Below are positions 43,602 to 53,436 of a stretch of DNA of 64,000 bases, one piece after another (the first letter of the stretch is position 1; every line of letters starts with the position of its first letter). This DNA comes from a virus. The stretch is taken from the IMG/VR virus record IMGVR_UViG_3300024981_000245. One strand, 5' to 3'. Made by a program: the position numbers and the translations under genes. The notes beneath the pieces were generated by a model, which was not told where the DNA came from, ran no database searches, and saw only the letters and a program-made list of their open reading frames with translations.

Positions 43602-44522
43602 GTGGAGATCGCCGTGAGCGACACTACCGCGCCAACGCGCACCCAACCCAGCCCCCTCGCCGAGATCGCCCGCACAGGGTTTCTCGACCGGTACACCGCC
43701 GGCACCCGCCGCCTCTACGAACTCGACCTGCGGCTGTTCTTCGCATGGTGCGCGGAGCAGCAGCTCGACCCGCTCGACGCACGCCGACCGCACCTCGAAG
43801 CATTCGGCCGCCACCTGACCATTGAGCGGGGCAACAGTCCCCGCTCGGCGTGCCGGCGCTTGCAGACGATCCGATCCTTCTACCGTCTCGCCGTCGTCGA
43901 CGAACTCATCGACCGTGACCCGACGATGCTTATGCGCATGCCCAGGTGGCACGTCGACCGGTCCACCATCGCCTACCTCACCCCAGCGCAAGTCGGGCAA
44001 CTGCTCCATGCGGCAGAGACCATGTCGCCGGCGCACCACGCGCTGATCGCGTTGATGGCGATGCTCGGCCTCCGAGTGTCCGAAGCGTGCGCCGTGCAGA
44101 TCGAAGACCTCACCGAAGATACGCTCGGCTACGTCGTCCTCACCGCGACCCGCAAGGGCGGGAAGACGTCACGGATGCCGATACCCGTCCCACTGCTCCG
44201 CATCCTCCGCCGCGCGATCGGTGACCGCACGACCGGGCCGGTGATCCTCACCCGTACGGGCCGCCAGCAGAACCGCCGCGGCGCGTACGACTGGTTCAAA
44301 CGCGCCGCCACGCGCGCAGGACTCCCCGACAACGTGCACCCGCACACGCTCCGCCATGCCGCGATCAGCGCGCTCGTCAACGCCGGCGTACCCATGCATG
44401 AGGCGCAAGAGTTCGCCGACCACTCCGACATCCGCACCACCGCGCACTACTACCACCGACCCCTCACCCTCGACCAGCACGGAGCGCACGTCACCGCGAG
44501 ACTCTTCGCCGCCGCAGCCTAG
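43602..44522 (+). CDS. Second tyrosine recombinase (XerC/D-like)
   Basis: SAM-like N-terminus; LGLRVSE, RKGGK, HTLRH, ADHSDIRTTAHY: all catalytic residues present. Confidence 0.92.
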   Translation: MEIAVSDTTAPTRTQPSPLAEIARTGFLDRYTAGTRRLYELDLRLFFAWCAEQQLDPLDARRPHLEAFGRHLTIERGNSPRSACRRLQTIRSFYRLAVVDELIDRDPTMLMRMPRWHVDRSTIAYLTPAQVGQLLHAAETMSPAHHALIALMAMLGLRVSEACAVQIEDLTEDTLGYVVLTATRKGGKTSRMPIPVPLLRILRRAIGDRTTGPVILTRTGRQQNRRGAYDWFKRAATRAGLPDNVHPHTLRHAAISALVNAGVPMHEAQEFADHSDIRTTAHYYHRPLTLDQHGAHVTARLFAAAA

Positions 44523-44580
44523 GGAGGCACCCGGATCGAGTTGCGCCGCACTCCTGATGGGCCGCCGCACGTTTGCAGAT

Positions 44581-44595
44581 TTAGTCCACTAAACT
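44581..44595 (+). promoter_or_regulatory. Exact operator fused to -10 TAAACT
   Basis: Upstream of the tail chaperone. Confidence 0.85.
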
Positions 44596-44628
44596 GGATC
44601 CTGACCACTTAAAGAAGGAGGCTCCGCC

Positions 44629-45345
44629 GTGGGCAAGAAGAACGACCAGATCGAGATCGAAGAGATCGTTGATGAAGCGCGTAGCAACATGAACCTGCGC
44701 GAACGCCTGCTTGGTATCACTCGCCGAGAGAAGACGATCAATGTCTACACGGACGAGGAGACGGGCGAAGCGCTCGGCGGCGCTGAGGATCTGCTGATCC
44801 CGGGGACCACCTTCAAGTCCGGCGACAAGCGTCGCTGGGGAGTTCTCGGAGAGCTGGATCTCCTGAACGAGCGCGCTGAGCGGCTCGCCATGCAGATCGA
44901 GAACGGCGAGATCACCGAGGATGACGCCGCGCCCGAGATCGAGAAGATCGAAGCGCGCATGCCCGAGCTTCGCACCGAGGCGAGGAAGCTTCTCGCCAAG
45001 CTCAACAAGACGTCATTCGCGTTCACGCTGCGCGCGGTCCCCGAACTGATCATCAAGGATGCGCGCCGGCAGGCGAAGCACAACCTCGAGATCAAGGGAA
45101 AGGTGCCCGAAGGGCGCCTGGATGAGTTCAACGAGGAGCTGTACAACGTCCTCATCGCGTCGGCCGTCACTTCCTGGGTCGACAACGAGACGGGAAGCAC
45201 GCACCACTCGCTGAGCGTCGAGGACACCCGCACGTTCCGAGAGCTTCTCCCCCGCAGCGAGTTCCCGAAGCTCGTCGAAGCGTTCGATGAGCTGTCGGCG
45301 CAGGCGCACATTGCGCGCTCGGCCACCGACGACGTGGATTTTTGA
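44629..45345 (+). CDS. Tail assembly chaperone (short form)
   Basis: Position before tape measure; ends in a slippery site. Confidence 0.8.
   Translation: MGKKNDQIEIEEIVDEARSNMNLRERLLGITRREKTINVYTDEETGEALGGAEDLLIPGTTFKSGDKRRWGVLGELDLLNERAERLAMQIENGEITEDDAAPEIEKIEARMPELRTEARKLLAKLNKTSFAFTLRAVPELIIKDARRQAKHNLEIKGKVPEGRLDEFNEELYNVLIASAVTSWVDNETGSTHHSLSVEDTRTFRELLPRSEFPKLVEAFDELSAQAHIARSATDDVDF
45336..45342 (+). other. Probable -1 frameshift site G GAT TTT
   Basis: -1 frame continues into ORF 45342-45779, which lacks an SD. Confidence 0.7.
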
Positions 45346-45779
45346 CGTCGTACCTTTGGTCGAATGCCGGGTCGGTTTTTGTCGAGGCCATCGAGGCAGC
45401 GATCCGGGCAGGGGTACGCCCAACAACGATGATCCTCGGCGAGGACAATCGCAAGCCCTACTCGCAGATGGATGTGCTCATTTCGCTCGCCTACGAGCGC
45501 TATAAGAACGAGACGTGCCCCGAGCACGGCGGACCCATCTGGCTATGTCGGAACGCTGATCCCACCCTCCAGGTCAAAGTCGTCGATACGCCGGCGTGCT
45601 ACGCGACCCAGGAGGTGCGGCTCTATGAGGAAAAGCACAAGGATGACGACGAGAAGGTCTCAGTTAAGGCTGAGTTCTACTCACGCATCGACCTGCCGTT
45701 GCATAAGTACCGTGACCGTTACTACGCCGATCTGATGGCCCCCGATGAGGAAGACGAGCCCGCGGACGCCGCAGATTAG
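45342..45779 (+). CDS. Tail assembly chaperone C-terminal extension (frameshift product)
   Basis: -1 frame relative to 44629. Confidence 0.75.
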   Translation: MTSYLWSNAGSVFVEAIEAAIRAGVRPTTMILGEDNRKPYSQMDVLISLAYERYKNETCPEHGGPIWLCRNADPTLQVKVVDTPACYATQEVRLYEEKHKDDDEKVSVKAEFYSRIDLPLHKYRDRYYADLMAPDEEDEPADAAD

Positions 45780-45790
45780 TCCACTAAACT
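45776..45790 (+). promoter_or_regulatory. Exact operator fused to -10 TAAACT (tape measure promoter)
   Basis: Operator 45776-45787 contains the chaperone stop codon. Confidence 0.85.
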
Positions 45791-45824
45791 GATAGGACGA
45801 ACGGCATAGACGGAGACGGGCGCA

Positions 45825-48800
45825 ATGGCTGAACTCGATGCGGTAGCCCGCCTCAGGTTCATCGCCGACGGCGCCAAGCAAGTCGAAGACGCGATCGCGC
45901 GCGTGCGCGATGAGGGGATCGCTCTCGACAAGAGCTTCGACCGGCTCGAGCGCGACATGTCGCGCCTGTCGTCGACAGCGTCCAAGCTCTCCACGGATGT
46001 CGGCTCAGCGGGCTCCGCCGCCCGCCAGTCCTCGCAAGACGCCACTCGTGCGGCTACGGGGTGGGACGCGTACTCCAAGAGCCTCCTCGCCGCCCAGAAG
46101 GCGCAGCGCGACGCTTCGCAGCGCTCGGTGATGAGCCAGTTCGGTGCCAGCGCGATTCCCGCGAAGTCCGCCGAGAACATGACGATCGGCGAGCGGCGGG
46201 CCACGCTTGCCGCCTATGAAGCGCAGACCGTTTCGGTCATCGGCAAGCTTCGCCAGATGGAGGCGGCCGAGCAGGCGGTGAACAAGGCTGTCGCTGAGCG
46301 CTACGCCGCGGCGAAAAGCCAGTCTGCACGCAGTTCGATCTCCTCCGGTGTCAGCGGGTTCTTCGACAACGCGGGCAACGTGTCCAACATCACGGGTGCA
46401 CAGAAGTGGCTCGCCGATTACGACGCGCAGGTCAACGCCCTCGCCTCGAAGTCCTCCCCCAGGCTCCGCTATGCCCTCTACGACGTAGCGTCCACTGCTG
46501 GCGTGCTGTCGACGGCGATCACGTCCGCTGGCGCGGCAGTCGGAGTGCTCGCCGCTCAGCAGGAGTCGGCGTTCACCAATGTGCAGCGCACGCTCGACGG
46601 CGGAACGACCGAGTCCGTCGCACGCCTGCGCAAGGAACTCGTCGGGCTCACACGTGAGATCCCCCAGTCGTTCGCCAACATCGCAGAGATCGCGACCCTG
46701 GGTAACCAGCTCGGCATCCAGGCGCAGGACATCGGCCGGTTCACGGAGACGGTCGCGAAGTTCTCCGCCGTTACCGGCATCTCCGCTGAGGCCAGTGCCC
46801 AGGCATTCGGCTCGCTCGGTCAGATCCTCGGCGTCGGCGCCAGCCAGTACGAGAACCTCGGCTCCTCGATCGCGTATGTCGCGCGTACGAGCGTGGCCAC
46901 TGATGCCGAGATCCTCTCGCTCACCAGGGAGATCGGCCAGCAGGCAACGTCCGCAGGCTTCGCCGCCGATCAGGTTGTCGGCCTTGCGGGCGCGCTCGCG
47001 TCGCTGCGAGTGCCGCCTGAGCGTGCGCGCGGCGCCCTGACCACCTACTTCCAGACGCTCAACCAGCTCGTGGCAGAAGGCGGCGACAAGCTCGACCTGT
47101 TCGCCTCCCTCGTCGGCCGCACGTCACAACAGCTCACTGCCGATGTCGTCGGCGGTCGTGGCGCGCAGGTCTTCAAGGATTTTGCGGTATCACTCAGCCA
47201 GCTCAACACGGTCGACGCCACGCGTGCTCTCGATGAGCTGGGGCTTTCGCAGCTTCGCGTAGCTGACACCTTCACCCGCGTCGCCGCCAACCTCGAGGTC
47301 TACGATCAGGCCCTTGCGGGCGCCTCGCAGTCCTTCCGCGATGGTAAGGAACTCGGACGCCAGTATGCGATGGTCGTGGATGACATCGCGAGCCGCTGGC
47401 AGATCTTCATCAACGCCGTCCAGGAGGCGGGAGCCGCCGTCGGCGCTGTCCTCGGCCCAGCGATCGTCACTGTGCTCGATCTCCTGGCCAAGGTTGCCCA
47501 GGGCTTCGCGTCCTTCGTCAACACCCCACTCGGCCAGGGTCTTGTCACTCTGTCCGCAACCATCGGTGGCATCACTGCTGCCCTGGCGGGCATCGTCACG
47601 GTCAGCGCTCTCGCTGTCGGGTCTCTCGCAGCCGTTAGGACGGCCGCCGTCGAGCTGGGCATCGTCTCCGCCGGAACGACAACGGGACTGAGCGGCCTGG
47701 TCGGAGCGCTCCTCGGACTCCAGACCGCAACCGGCGGTGCAGCGATCGCGTTCAAGGTGCTCAAGGGTGCCATGATCGCCACGGGCATCGGCGCTGTGGT
47801 CGTTCTGCTCGGCACGCTCATCCAGATGGCTGGCGGTGTCGGCCCCGCGATCATCGATGTCGTCAACTTCCTCGAGCTGATGTACAACTCGGTCGGCAAG
47901 TTCGCGACCCCGTTCCGCAACCTCTTCGGCGTCATCGGTGGGCTCGCCGCCATGTTCGACCGCTTCTCGGGCAGCGCGCTCACCGCCGCACAGATCGTCG
48001 ATCTCGTCGGAAAGGTCATCTACAACTCCATTGTCCAGACCGGTCAGGATGTCGTCGGTGCCGCCCAGGGATTCGTCAACTGGGGTCGCGCCGTCATATC
48101 GGTGGTCACCGCCGTTGCCCGCCAGCTCCTCGGCCCCCTGTCCGGCATCGTGGGCATGTTCCAGCAGGCTGGGCAGCTCATCGGGGCAATCCTCAAGCCC
48201 ATCGGCGACGCGCTCAGCGTCTTTGGATCGGGTTTCACCGACGGGCTCGCAGCCTTCGACGGCGCGGTCGGATCCGGGTTCGACCAGATTCGTAACTTCG
48301 CCGCCAGCCTGCCGAGCACCGATGACGCTCTTTCCTCGCTCGGCGACACGGCGGCCCTGACTGCTGACAACCTCAATGGCGGAACGGGGAGCCTCGGCGA
48401 CGCTGCGGATGGCGCGGCGGCGAAGGTGCGTACGCTCACCGACTACGCGAACGACCTCAGCGGCGTCATGTCGCGCGCGTTCGATCTGCGCTTCGGCAAC
48501 CAGCAGGCCCTCGACACCATTACGGGCTCCTGGTCCAAGATCGCGTCGACAATCGCCGACGCTCGCGAGGAGATGGCTGGCTACGTCACCGACTTGCAGG
48601 GCATGGCTGCCGACCGCGCGATCAAGCAGTACTGGCTCTCGGTCGCCGAGAACTACGGCGATGCCCTGCGCGCGCAGCAACTGCGCGCGGACCTGGCAGA
48701 CCTGGACAAGAAGCAGGCCGACACCCAGAAGAAGCTTGCAACCGCGCAGGACAAGACCACGAAGACCCTCGACGGCAACAGTGACGCAGCGATCGCCAAC

Positions 48801-49601
48801 CGCGCAGAGATCCTCGGCCTGGTCACCAACTACCAGGACTACATCAAGACGCTCGCTGAGAACGGCATGGAGCAGGCGGACCTTCAGGCGACGGCTGCGC
48901 GACTGAAGCAGGAGTTCATCCAGCAGGCCGTCCAGATGGGCTACAACCGCACAGAAGTCGACCGCTACGCAGCGGCCTTCGACAGCCTCGGAACCATCAT
49001 CCGCAACGTTCCGCGCAACATCACCGTCACCGCAAACACCGACCCCGCGTACCAGGCCCTCAACGAGTTTCTCGCCAAGGCGAATGAGGCAACGGCCAGC
49101 GCGACGATCGGCGGCATCGGCGGCGGGTTCGACGCGGGCTACGCGGCCGGCAAGACGGTCGGCGAGGGCGTCAAGCGCGGTGTCGGCGACTACTTCAACG
49201 ACAACCCGCTTGCATTCCGCATCCTTACCCAGGGCCAGCCTGTCTACAACGTGCCCGGCACTAACCTGAAACTGTTCAAGTCGGGTGGATACACGGGTAA
49301 CCTGCCGGAGAACCAGGCTGCGGGCATCACGCACGGTCGTGAGTACGTCATGTCGGCGCCAGCCGTTCGCAACGCCGGTGGCCCGAACGCGATGAACACG
49401 ATCCACAACCTGCTGAAGTCGGGCAAGGGCTTCATGCCGAGCGGACTCGCCGCCGTCGGGGGGATGGTCGAGCTGTCCCCCGTCGACCGGGCGCTGCTCG
49501 CTGAGATCGCCGACCGTGTCGGGCTGACGATCTCGAACCAGACATTGCAGGCGACCGTGAATGGCGCCAACGGCGCTGCGGTCTCAAGGAGGGCCGGCTG
49601 A
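45825..49601 (+). CDS. Tape measure protein
   Basis: 1258 aa, Ala/Gly-rich; FKSGGYTG...AGITHGREYV near the C-terminus. Confidence 0.95.
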   Translation: MAELDAVARLRFIADGAKQVEDAIARVRDEGIALDKSFDRLERDMSRLSSTASKLSTDVGSAGSAARQSSQDATRAATGWDAYSKSLLAAQKAQRDASQRSVMSQFGASAIPAKSAENMTIGERRATLAAYEAQTVSVIGKLRQMEAAEQAVNKAVAERYAAAKSQSARSSISSGVSGFFDNAGNVSNITGAQKWLADYDAQVNALASKSSPRLRYALYDVASTAGVLSTAITSAGAAVGVLAAQQESAFTNVQRTLDGGTTESVARLRKELVGLTREIPQSFANIAEIATLGNQLGIQAQDIGRFTETVAKFSAVTGISAEASAQAFGSLGQILGVGASQYENLGSSIAYVARTSVATDAEILSLTREIGQQATSAGFAADQVVGLAGALASLRVPPERARGALTTYFQTLNQLVAEGGDKLDLFASLVGRTSQQLTADVVGGRGAQVFKDFAVSLSQLNTVDATRALDELGLSQLRVADTFTRVAANLEVYDQALAGASQSFRDGKELGRQYAMVVDDIASRWQIFINAVQEAGAAVGAVLGPAIVTVLDLLAKVAQGFASFVNTPLGQGLVTLSATIGGITAALAGIVTVSALAVGSLAAVRTAAVELGIVSAGTTTGLSGLVGALLGLQTATGGAAIAFKVLKGAMIATGIGAVVVLLGTLIQMAGGVGPAIIDVVNFLELMYNSVGKFATPFRNLFGVIGGLAAMFDRFSGSALTAAQIVDLVGKVIYNSIVQTGQDVVGAAQGFVNWGRAVISVVTAVARQLLGPLSGIVGMFQQAGQLIGAILKPIGDALSVFGSGFTDGLAAFDGAVGSGFDQIRNFAASLPSTDDALSSLGDTAALTADNLNGGTGSLGDAADGAAAKVRTLTDYANDLSGVMSRAFDLRFGNQQALDTITGSWSKIASTIADAREEMAGYVTDLQGMAADRAIKQYWLSVAENYGDALRAQQLRADLADLDKKQADTQKKLATAQDKTTKTLDGNSDAAIANRAEILGLVTNYQDYIKTLAENGMEQADLQATAARLKQEFIQQAVQMGYNRTEVDRYAAAFDSLGTIIRNVPRNITVTANTDPAYQALNEFLAKANEATASATIGGIGGGFDAGYAAGKTVGEGVKRGVGDYFNDNPLAFRILTQGQPVYNVPGTNLKLFKSGGYTGNLPENQAAGITHGREYVMSAPAVRNAGGPNAMNTIHNLLKSGKGFMPSGLAAVGGMVELSPVDRALLAEIADRVGLTISNQTLQATVNGANGAAVSRRAG

Positions 49602-50548
49602 TGCGGTACATGTACTTCGGCACCAAGCGCAAGATGCGCTGGGTGAAGACAGACGCTCCCGGGCGCGACCAGTCAACCAACGGCTACAGCGACCGCCTCG
49701 ACTACCTCAACGGTGGCGTCGCCACTCGCCGCTCGACCAGTGGGCACCAGGAGTACTCGCTGACGTGGAACGTGATGACACGCGAAGAAGCTCGCGCGAT
49801 CACCGACTATGCGCACGGCATCTACGGCGACGGGTACATCTACTTCGTCGACCCGGCAGCGGCCGACCAGAACATCCTTAACCCGGCATGGTCGGCACCC
49901 GGCATCGGCGCAAAGGATGGCGTCCCGCTGGCCGGGCTGGTGCGACCGAAGAGGATCAACAACCCGGACCTGTCGTGGGACTACCCCGTCAACATGGCTC
50001 GCTACGACCTGACGTCGACGGATCCGCGTCGAACCTTCTACATCCCGATGCCTCCAGACTCCGCCGTGATTATCGGAGCGCACGGCGATGCGGCATCGAC
50101 GCTGGGCATCCAGGTTCAGCCGATGGTCGCTGGCGTCAACGTCGGGCCGCCGGAAGTCATGTCCATCGCGGGTGTGAACACGGACCAGCGCTTCACGCAC
50201 ATCTTCGTCCCCGGCGCTGATCAGGGTGGACTCGAAATCAGCGTCGAGCCGGGGACAGGGTTCGCCACGCTGGCTGGCATCATGGCTCAGGTCGTGCCGA
50301 TCGGGCTGATCCCAAGCCCAGCTCCCGGGCCCGGATATGGCCTGGACGGTTACGGCGTTGGCCCGTACGGCGGGATCATTCCCGGTCCCGCGATCCCGCT
50401 CTTCCTGAATGGCGGCTTCATCCTCGGTCAGGGCACAAGTGGATGCTCCTTCGACGGCATCCCCCGCGCAACGCCCTACCGCCTTGCCGCGCGAACTGAG
50501 CGCGTCGGTCTGACCGTGAAGCTCATCGAAGAGGAGGACTACGCATGA
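49601..50548 (+). CDS. Minor tail protein (distal-tail position)
   Basis: Follows tape measure. Confidence 0.75.
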   Translation: MRYMYFGTKRKMRWVKTDAPGRDQSTNGYSDRLDYLNGGVATRRSTSGHQEYSLTWNVMTREEARAITDYAHGIYGDGYIYFVDPAAADQNILNPAWSAPGIGAKDGVPLAGLVRPKRINNPDLSWDYPVNMARYDLTSTDPRRTFYIPMPPDSAVIIGAHGDAASTLGIQVQPMVAGVNVGPPEVMSIAGVNTDQRFTHIFVPGADQGGLEISVEPGTGFATLAGIMAQVVPIGLIPSPAPGPGYGLDGYGVGPYGGIIPGPAIPLFLNGGFILGQGTSGCSFDGIPRATPYRLAARTERVGLTVKLIEEEDYA

Positions 50549-52128
50549 GCGGCACGGGCGTCGATGTCACGATCGGTGGGCTTCCCGTCTGGAATACGGG
50601 CGCGTACTCGATCACCGAGGACTCCACCCCGACCGCACCAGATGATTCCAGCGGCGGCTACGGACAGATCCAGCTCCCCATCCGGGACAAGGCCGGTGTC
50701 AAGAGCCTCAGCGGCAAAGCGCTCACTCTGGAGGACGGGTCGCAGGGCAAGACGAGCGGCATCGTTCGCGGGCTCAGCGGTGACGGGCTTACCGCCCAGA
50801 TCACCGCGGACTCGCGACTCGGGCTGACCGCCGTCAAGCGCCAGGCTCAACCCTTCGTCGGACTCCTCGGCAATGCGATCCGCTACTACCTCGGACTGTG
50901 CGGGGTGACGAGTGGCATCGTTGTTGACTCTTCGCTCGAGCCCGTCGCGGTGAAGCTCCCCGGATGGAATGCGGTCGTCTACGACCAGCTCAAGAAGCTT
51001 GCGACCGCACGCAAGTTCGAGGTGTCACTGACCTCAAGCAACATCGTCTTCCGCCCCCTGCGCACCCGGACGGCTGAGAACTACCGCGATGCGAAGTCCT
51101 CGTGGGCGCTCGACGAGTCGAACCTAGCTCAGTCCGTAGAGGGCTACTTCTACGACTACGCCTCTGGAACGCAGCTCGCGTACCCGCCCGGCGGGTGGAG
51201 CGAGGACGTCACCGTCTACACCCTGAACGCGGGTGAGACGACCGTAATCAACCTCGACATCGATGCTTCACTTTCCTCGGTAGAGCAGCCGACGTGCGTT
51301 GCGTTCGTGGGCCGCAACGATTCTGGATCCAGCGTCTACGCGGTTGCTGGCAATGACGGGCTACCGATCCAGCCCGCGCAATGGCTTGCCGGTGGCGGAT
51401 CCGTCAAGGTGGAAATCGGAGACGACACCAAGAGCCTCAAGGTCACGATCACCGCCTCCTCCGAGACGCAGTACGCGCCTTACCGCATCGCCGTCTCGGC
51501 TGGTACCAGCGACTACTACTCTTCGCTGCGCATCCGCGGTACCGGCGTGTTCTTCAACAAGCAGAAGATGACCTTGCCCGCATGCCTGGACGCCGACCGG
51601 GCGCCGCAGGAGATCGGCGCCACCGTCGATAACGAGTTCTTCGAGACGCGGGACCAGCTTTATCACGCCCTCCTGCGATCTGCGGCTCGCTACTCCAGCG
51701 CGCGGCACACGATCAGCGTGCAGTCCAAGGGCATCAACCGCAGTGGCGAATCCGGCTCCTACGTCTACCCCACGATCGGCGAACTCAAGGCCCTGTACCC
51801 CGGCGCCACGATCGGCAGTATCCGCCTTCAGCCTGGCCTTGGCGGGACTATCGCACAGTGGAATGAGACGCTCCGCGACCTTGTCGACGGCGACTTCGTA
51901 AACCAGGCATTCGGCAACGTCGCCGGGGCGCGAGTGGTCAGCGACGACTGCGTGCTGCGCATCCGCTCATCGACCCTGGCGCCTGGATCCCTCACCTACA
52001 CCGCAGAACGTGACATCACGATCAAGGACGTCTTCCGCAGCGGTGAGACTATCGGGCAGTGGAATGCACGCTGGGCTGGTAAGACGATCCGAGACGTGAA
52101 GCTGACCCCACTTAGCGGACTAAACTAG
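50545..52128 (+). CDS. Minor tail protein (baseplate hub position)
   Basis: 527 aa, position. Confidence 0.75.
   Translation: MSGTGVDVTIGGLPVWNTGAYSITEDSTPTAPDDSSGGYGQIQLPIRDKAGVKSLSGKALTLEDGSQGKTSGIVRGLSGDGLTAQITADSRLGLTAVKRQAQPFVGLLGNAIRYYLGLCGVTSGIVVDSSLEPVAVKLPGWNAVVYDQLKKLATARKFEVSLTSSNIVFRPLRTRTAENYRDAKSSWALDESNLAQSVEGYFYDYASGTQLAYPPGGWSEDVTVYTLNAGETTVINLDIDASLSSVEQPTCVAFVGRNDSGSSVYAVAGNDGLPIQPAQWLAGGGSVKVEIGDDTKSLKVTITASSETQYAPYRIAVSAGTSDYYSSLRIRGTGVFFNKQKMTLPACLDADRAPQEIGATVDNEFFETRDQLYHALLRSAARYSSARHTISVQSKGINRSGESGSYVYPTIGELKALYPGATIGSIRLQPGLGGTIAQWNETLRDLVDGDFVNQAFGNVAGARVVSDDCVLRIRSSTLAPGSLTYTAERDITIKDVFRSGETIGQWNARWAGKTIRDVKLTPLSGLN
52112..52126 (+). promoter_or_regulatory. Operator TTAGCGGACTAA fused to -10 TAAACT inside a gene end; leaderless
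   Basis: 6 nt to ATG 52133. Confidence 0.8.
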
Positions 52129-52132
52129 GCTC

Positions 52133-52804
52133 ATGCCGAGGATCCCAGATGCCGCCCTCGGTGGGCCCGCAGATCAGCCGTGGAAGCGTTATGTCGACGG
52201 AGGGCTGGAGTCGCTCGAGCTTGCACTAAACCGGCTAGCGTCTGATTCAAGCGCATCGGGCAAGGGTCTGGCTGCCACCGCCGACGGGCTCGCGCGTCAG
52301 ATCTCTGTCCTTGCGCAGCAGACCGCCGATCTTGTTGGTCGAGCTTCCTACCAGAAATCATCTACGGATACGATCTCCTGGTCGAGCAGCGTGACAGGTT
52401 CGAGTCCTTTTGGCCCCGAGCTAACCGTTACGCTCAATGAGTCACGCGTTATTTCTGTGAGCTTCTTTACGAGCGCTGATGCCAGTGCCAGCACCGTTGG
52501 CGCTGGCACGATGAACCTATGGGGATCTACGGGCGTTGCCATCGACGGAGTCGCAGTGAGCGAAGATCTGGGGGCGCGGGGCTACATTCTCGTCTCCGCG
52601 GCTTCAAATGCTGGCGCTTCCGCCAACAACAGGTTCATCATTCCCATCACCGCGCGATTCCTAGTGGTCCTACCGGCAGGAGCGCACACCCTCCGGGGCC
52701 TCGTTTACGGACGCACATCAACGTACTCTGGCACCGGATCCGGATTCGGTTCGATTGATCTCAGAGAGCCAGCTCTGTTTGCAGACGTGCTCCAACTCGC
52801 ATAG
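52133..52804 (+). CDS. Minor tail protein
   Basis: Ser/Gly-rich beta domain. Confidence 0.65.
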   Translation: MPRIPDAALGGPADQPWKRYVDGGLESLELALNRLASDSSASGKGLAATADGLARQISVLAQQTADLVGRASYQKSSTDTISWSSSVTGSSPFGPELTVTLNESRVISVSFFTSADASASTVGAGTMNLWGSTGVAIDGVAVSEDLGARGYILVSAASNAGASANNRFIIPITARFLVVLPAGAHTLRGLVYGRTSTYSGTGSGFGSIDLREPALFADVLQLA

Positions 52805-52823
52805 CCGCATCCATGACTCGGGA

Positions 52824-52848
52824 TTAGTGGACTAATCGCGAATAAACT
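52824..52848 (+). promoter_or_regulatory. Exact operator plus -10 TAAACT; leaderless
   Basis: 6 nt to ATG 52855. Confidence 0.85.
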
Positions 52849-52854
52849 GGAGGC

Positions 52855-53436
52855 ATGCCTACCCCGCTGTATGGACTCCCGCTTTACGGAGACGACGATA
52901 CGGCGGAGCTGGATGTACTCCTCAACGGCCAGTCGACGGCAATCGAGACGGCGCTCTCTACCCAGTTCGTTGACCGAAATGGCATGTCGGTACCCAACTT
53001 CGCCTCCCTCCCCACAGGCGGGAATTGGCAGGGTCGGCTTCTCACGACCCGCGACATGGGCTTCGTGTATGTCTGGGCTGGATCCTGGCTTCAGGTTGGT
53101 GGGGGTTCTTGGCTTACGGCCTCAACCAGCATCTCGGCCGGGTCTGGGGCGATCAATTCTGGGAACGCCGCGCACAAATACAAGTACGTCGAGGGCGCGG
53201 TCGTTGACTCTGTCACGGTGACCATCTCCAATGCTGGAACAGGTGGCGGCGGCCTATCTGTGGAAATGCCATTCACCGTAGCGGGAACCTGGATGGGGGT
53301 GGGCCGCAGCGAGATTGATGGGTCTCAGTTGCAAGTTCGCGTTCAGGGATCGTCCGCAACAGTTTTCAAATACAACAACAACACCCCCATCGCAAATGGA
53401 ACGCTCTTCTTCACTGTAACGTGCGGACTGAGCTGA
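52855..53436 (+). CDS. Minor tail / fibre protein
   Basis: MPTPLYGLP N-terminus; fibre-like GRL...D.G.VYVW. Confidence 0.65.
   Translation: MPTPLYGLPLYGDDDTAELDVLLNGQSTAIETALSTQFVDRNGMSVPNFASLPTGGNWQGRLLTTRDMGFVYVWAGSWLQVGGGSWLTASTSISAGSGAINSGNAAHKYKYVEGAVVDSVTVTISNAGTGGGGLSVEMPFTVAGTWMGVGRSEIDGSQLQVRVQGSSATVFKYNNNTPIANGTLFFTVTCGLS

Noticed and set aside
47190-49406. 738-aa antisense ORF (likewise 31829-32995, 58676-59836, 14290-15255)
   Set aside because: Shadow frames of high-GC genes, lacking third-position stops; no SD or recognisable motifs
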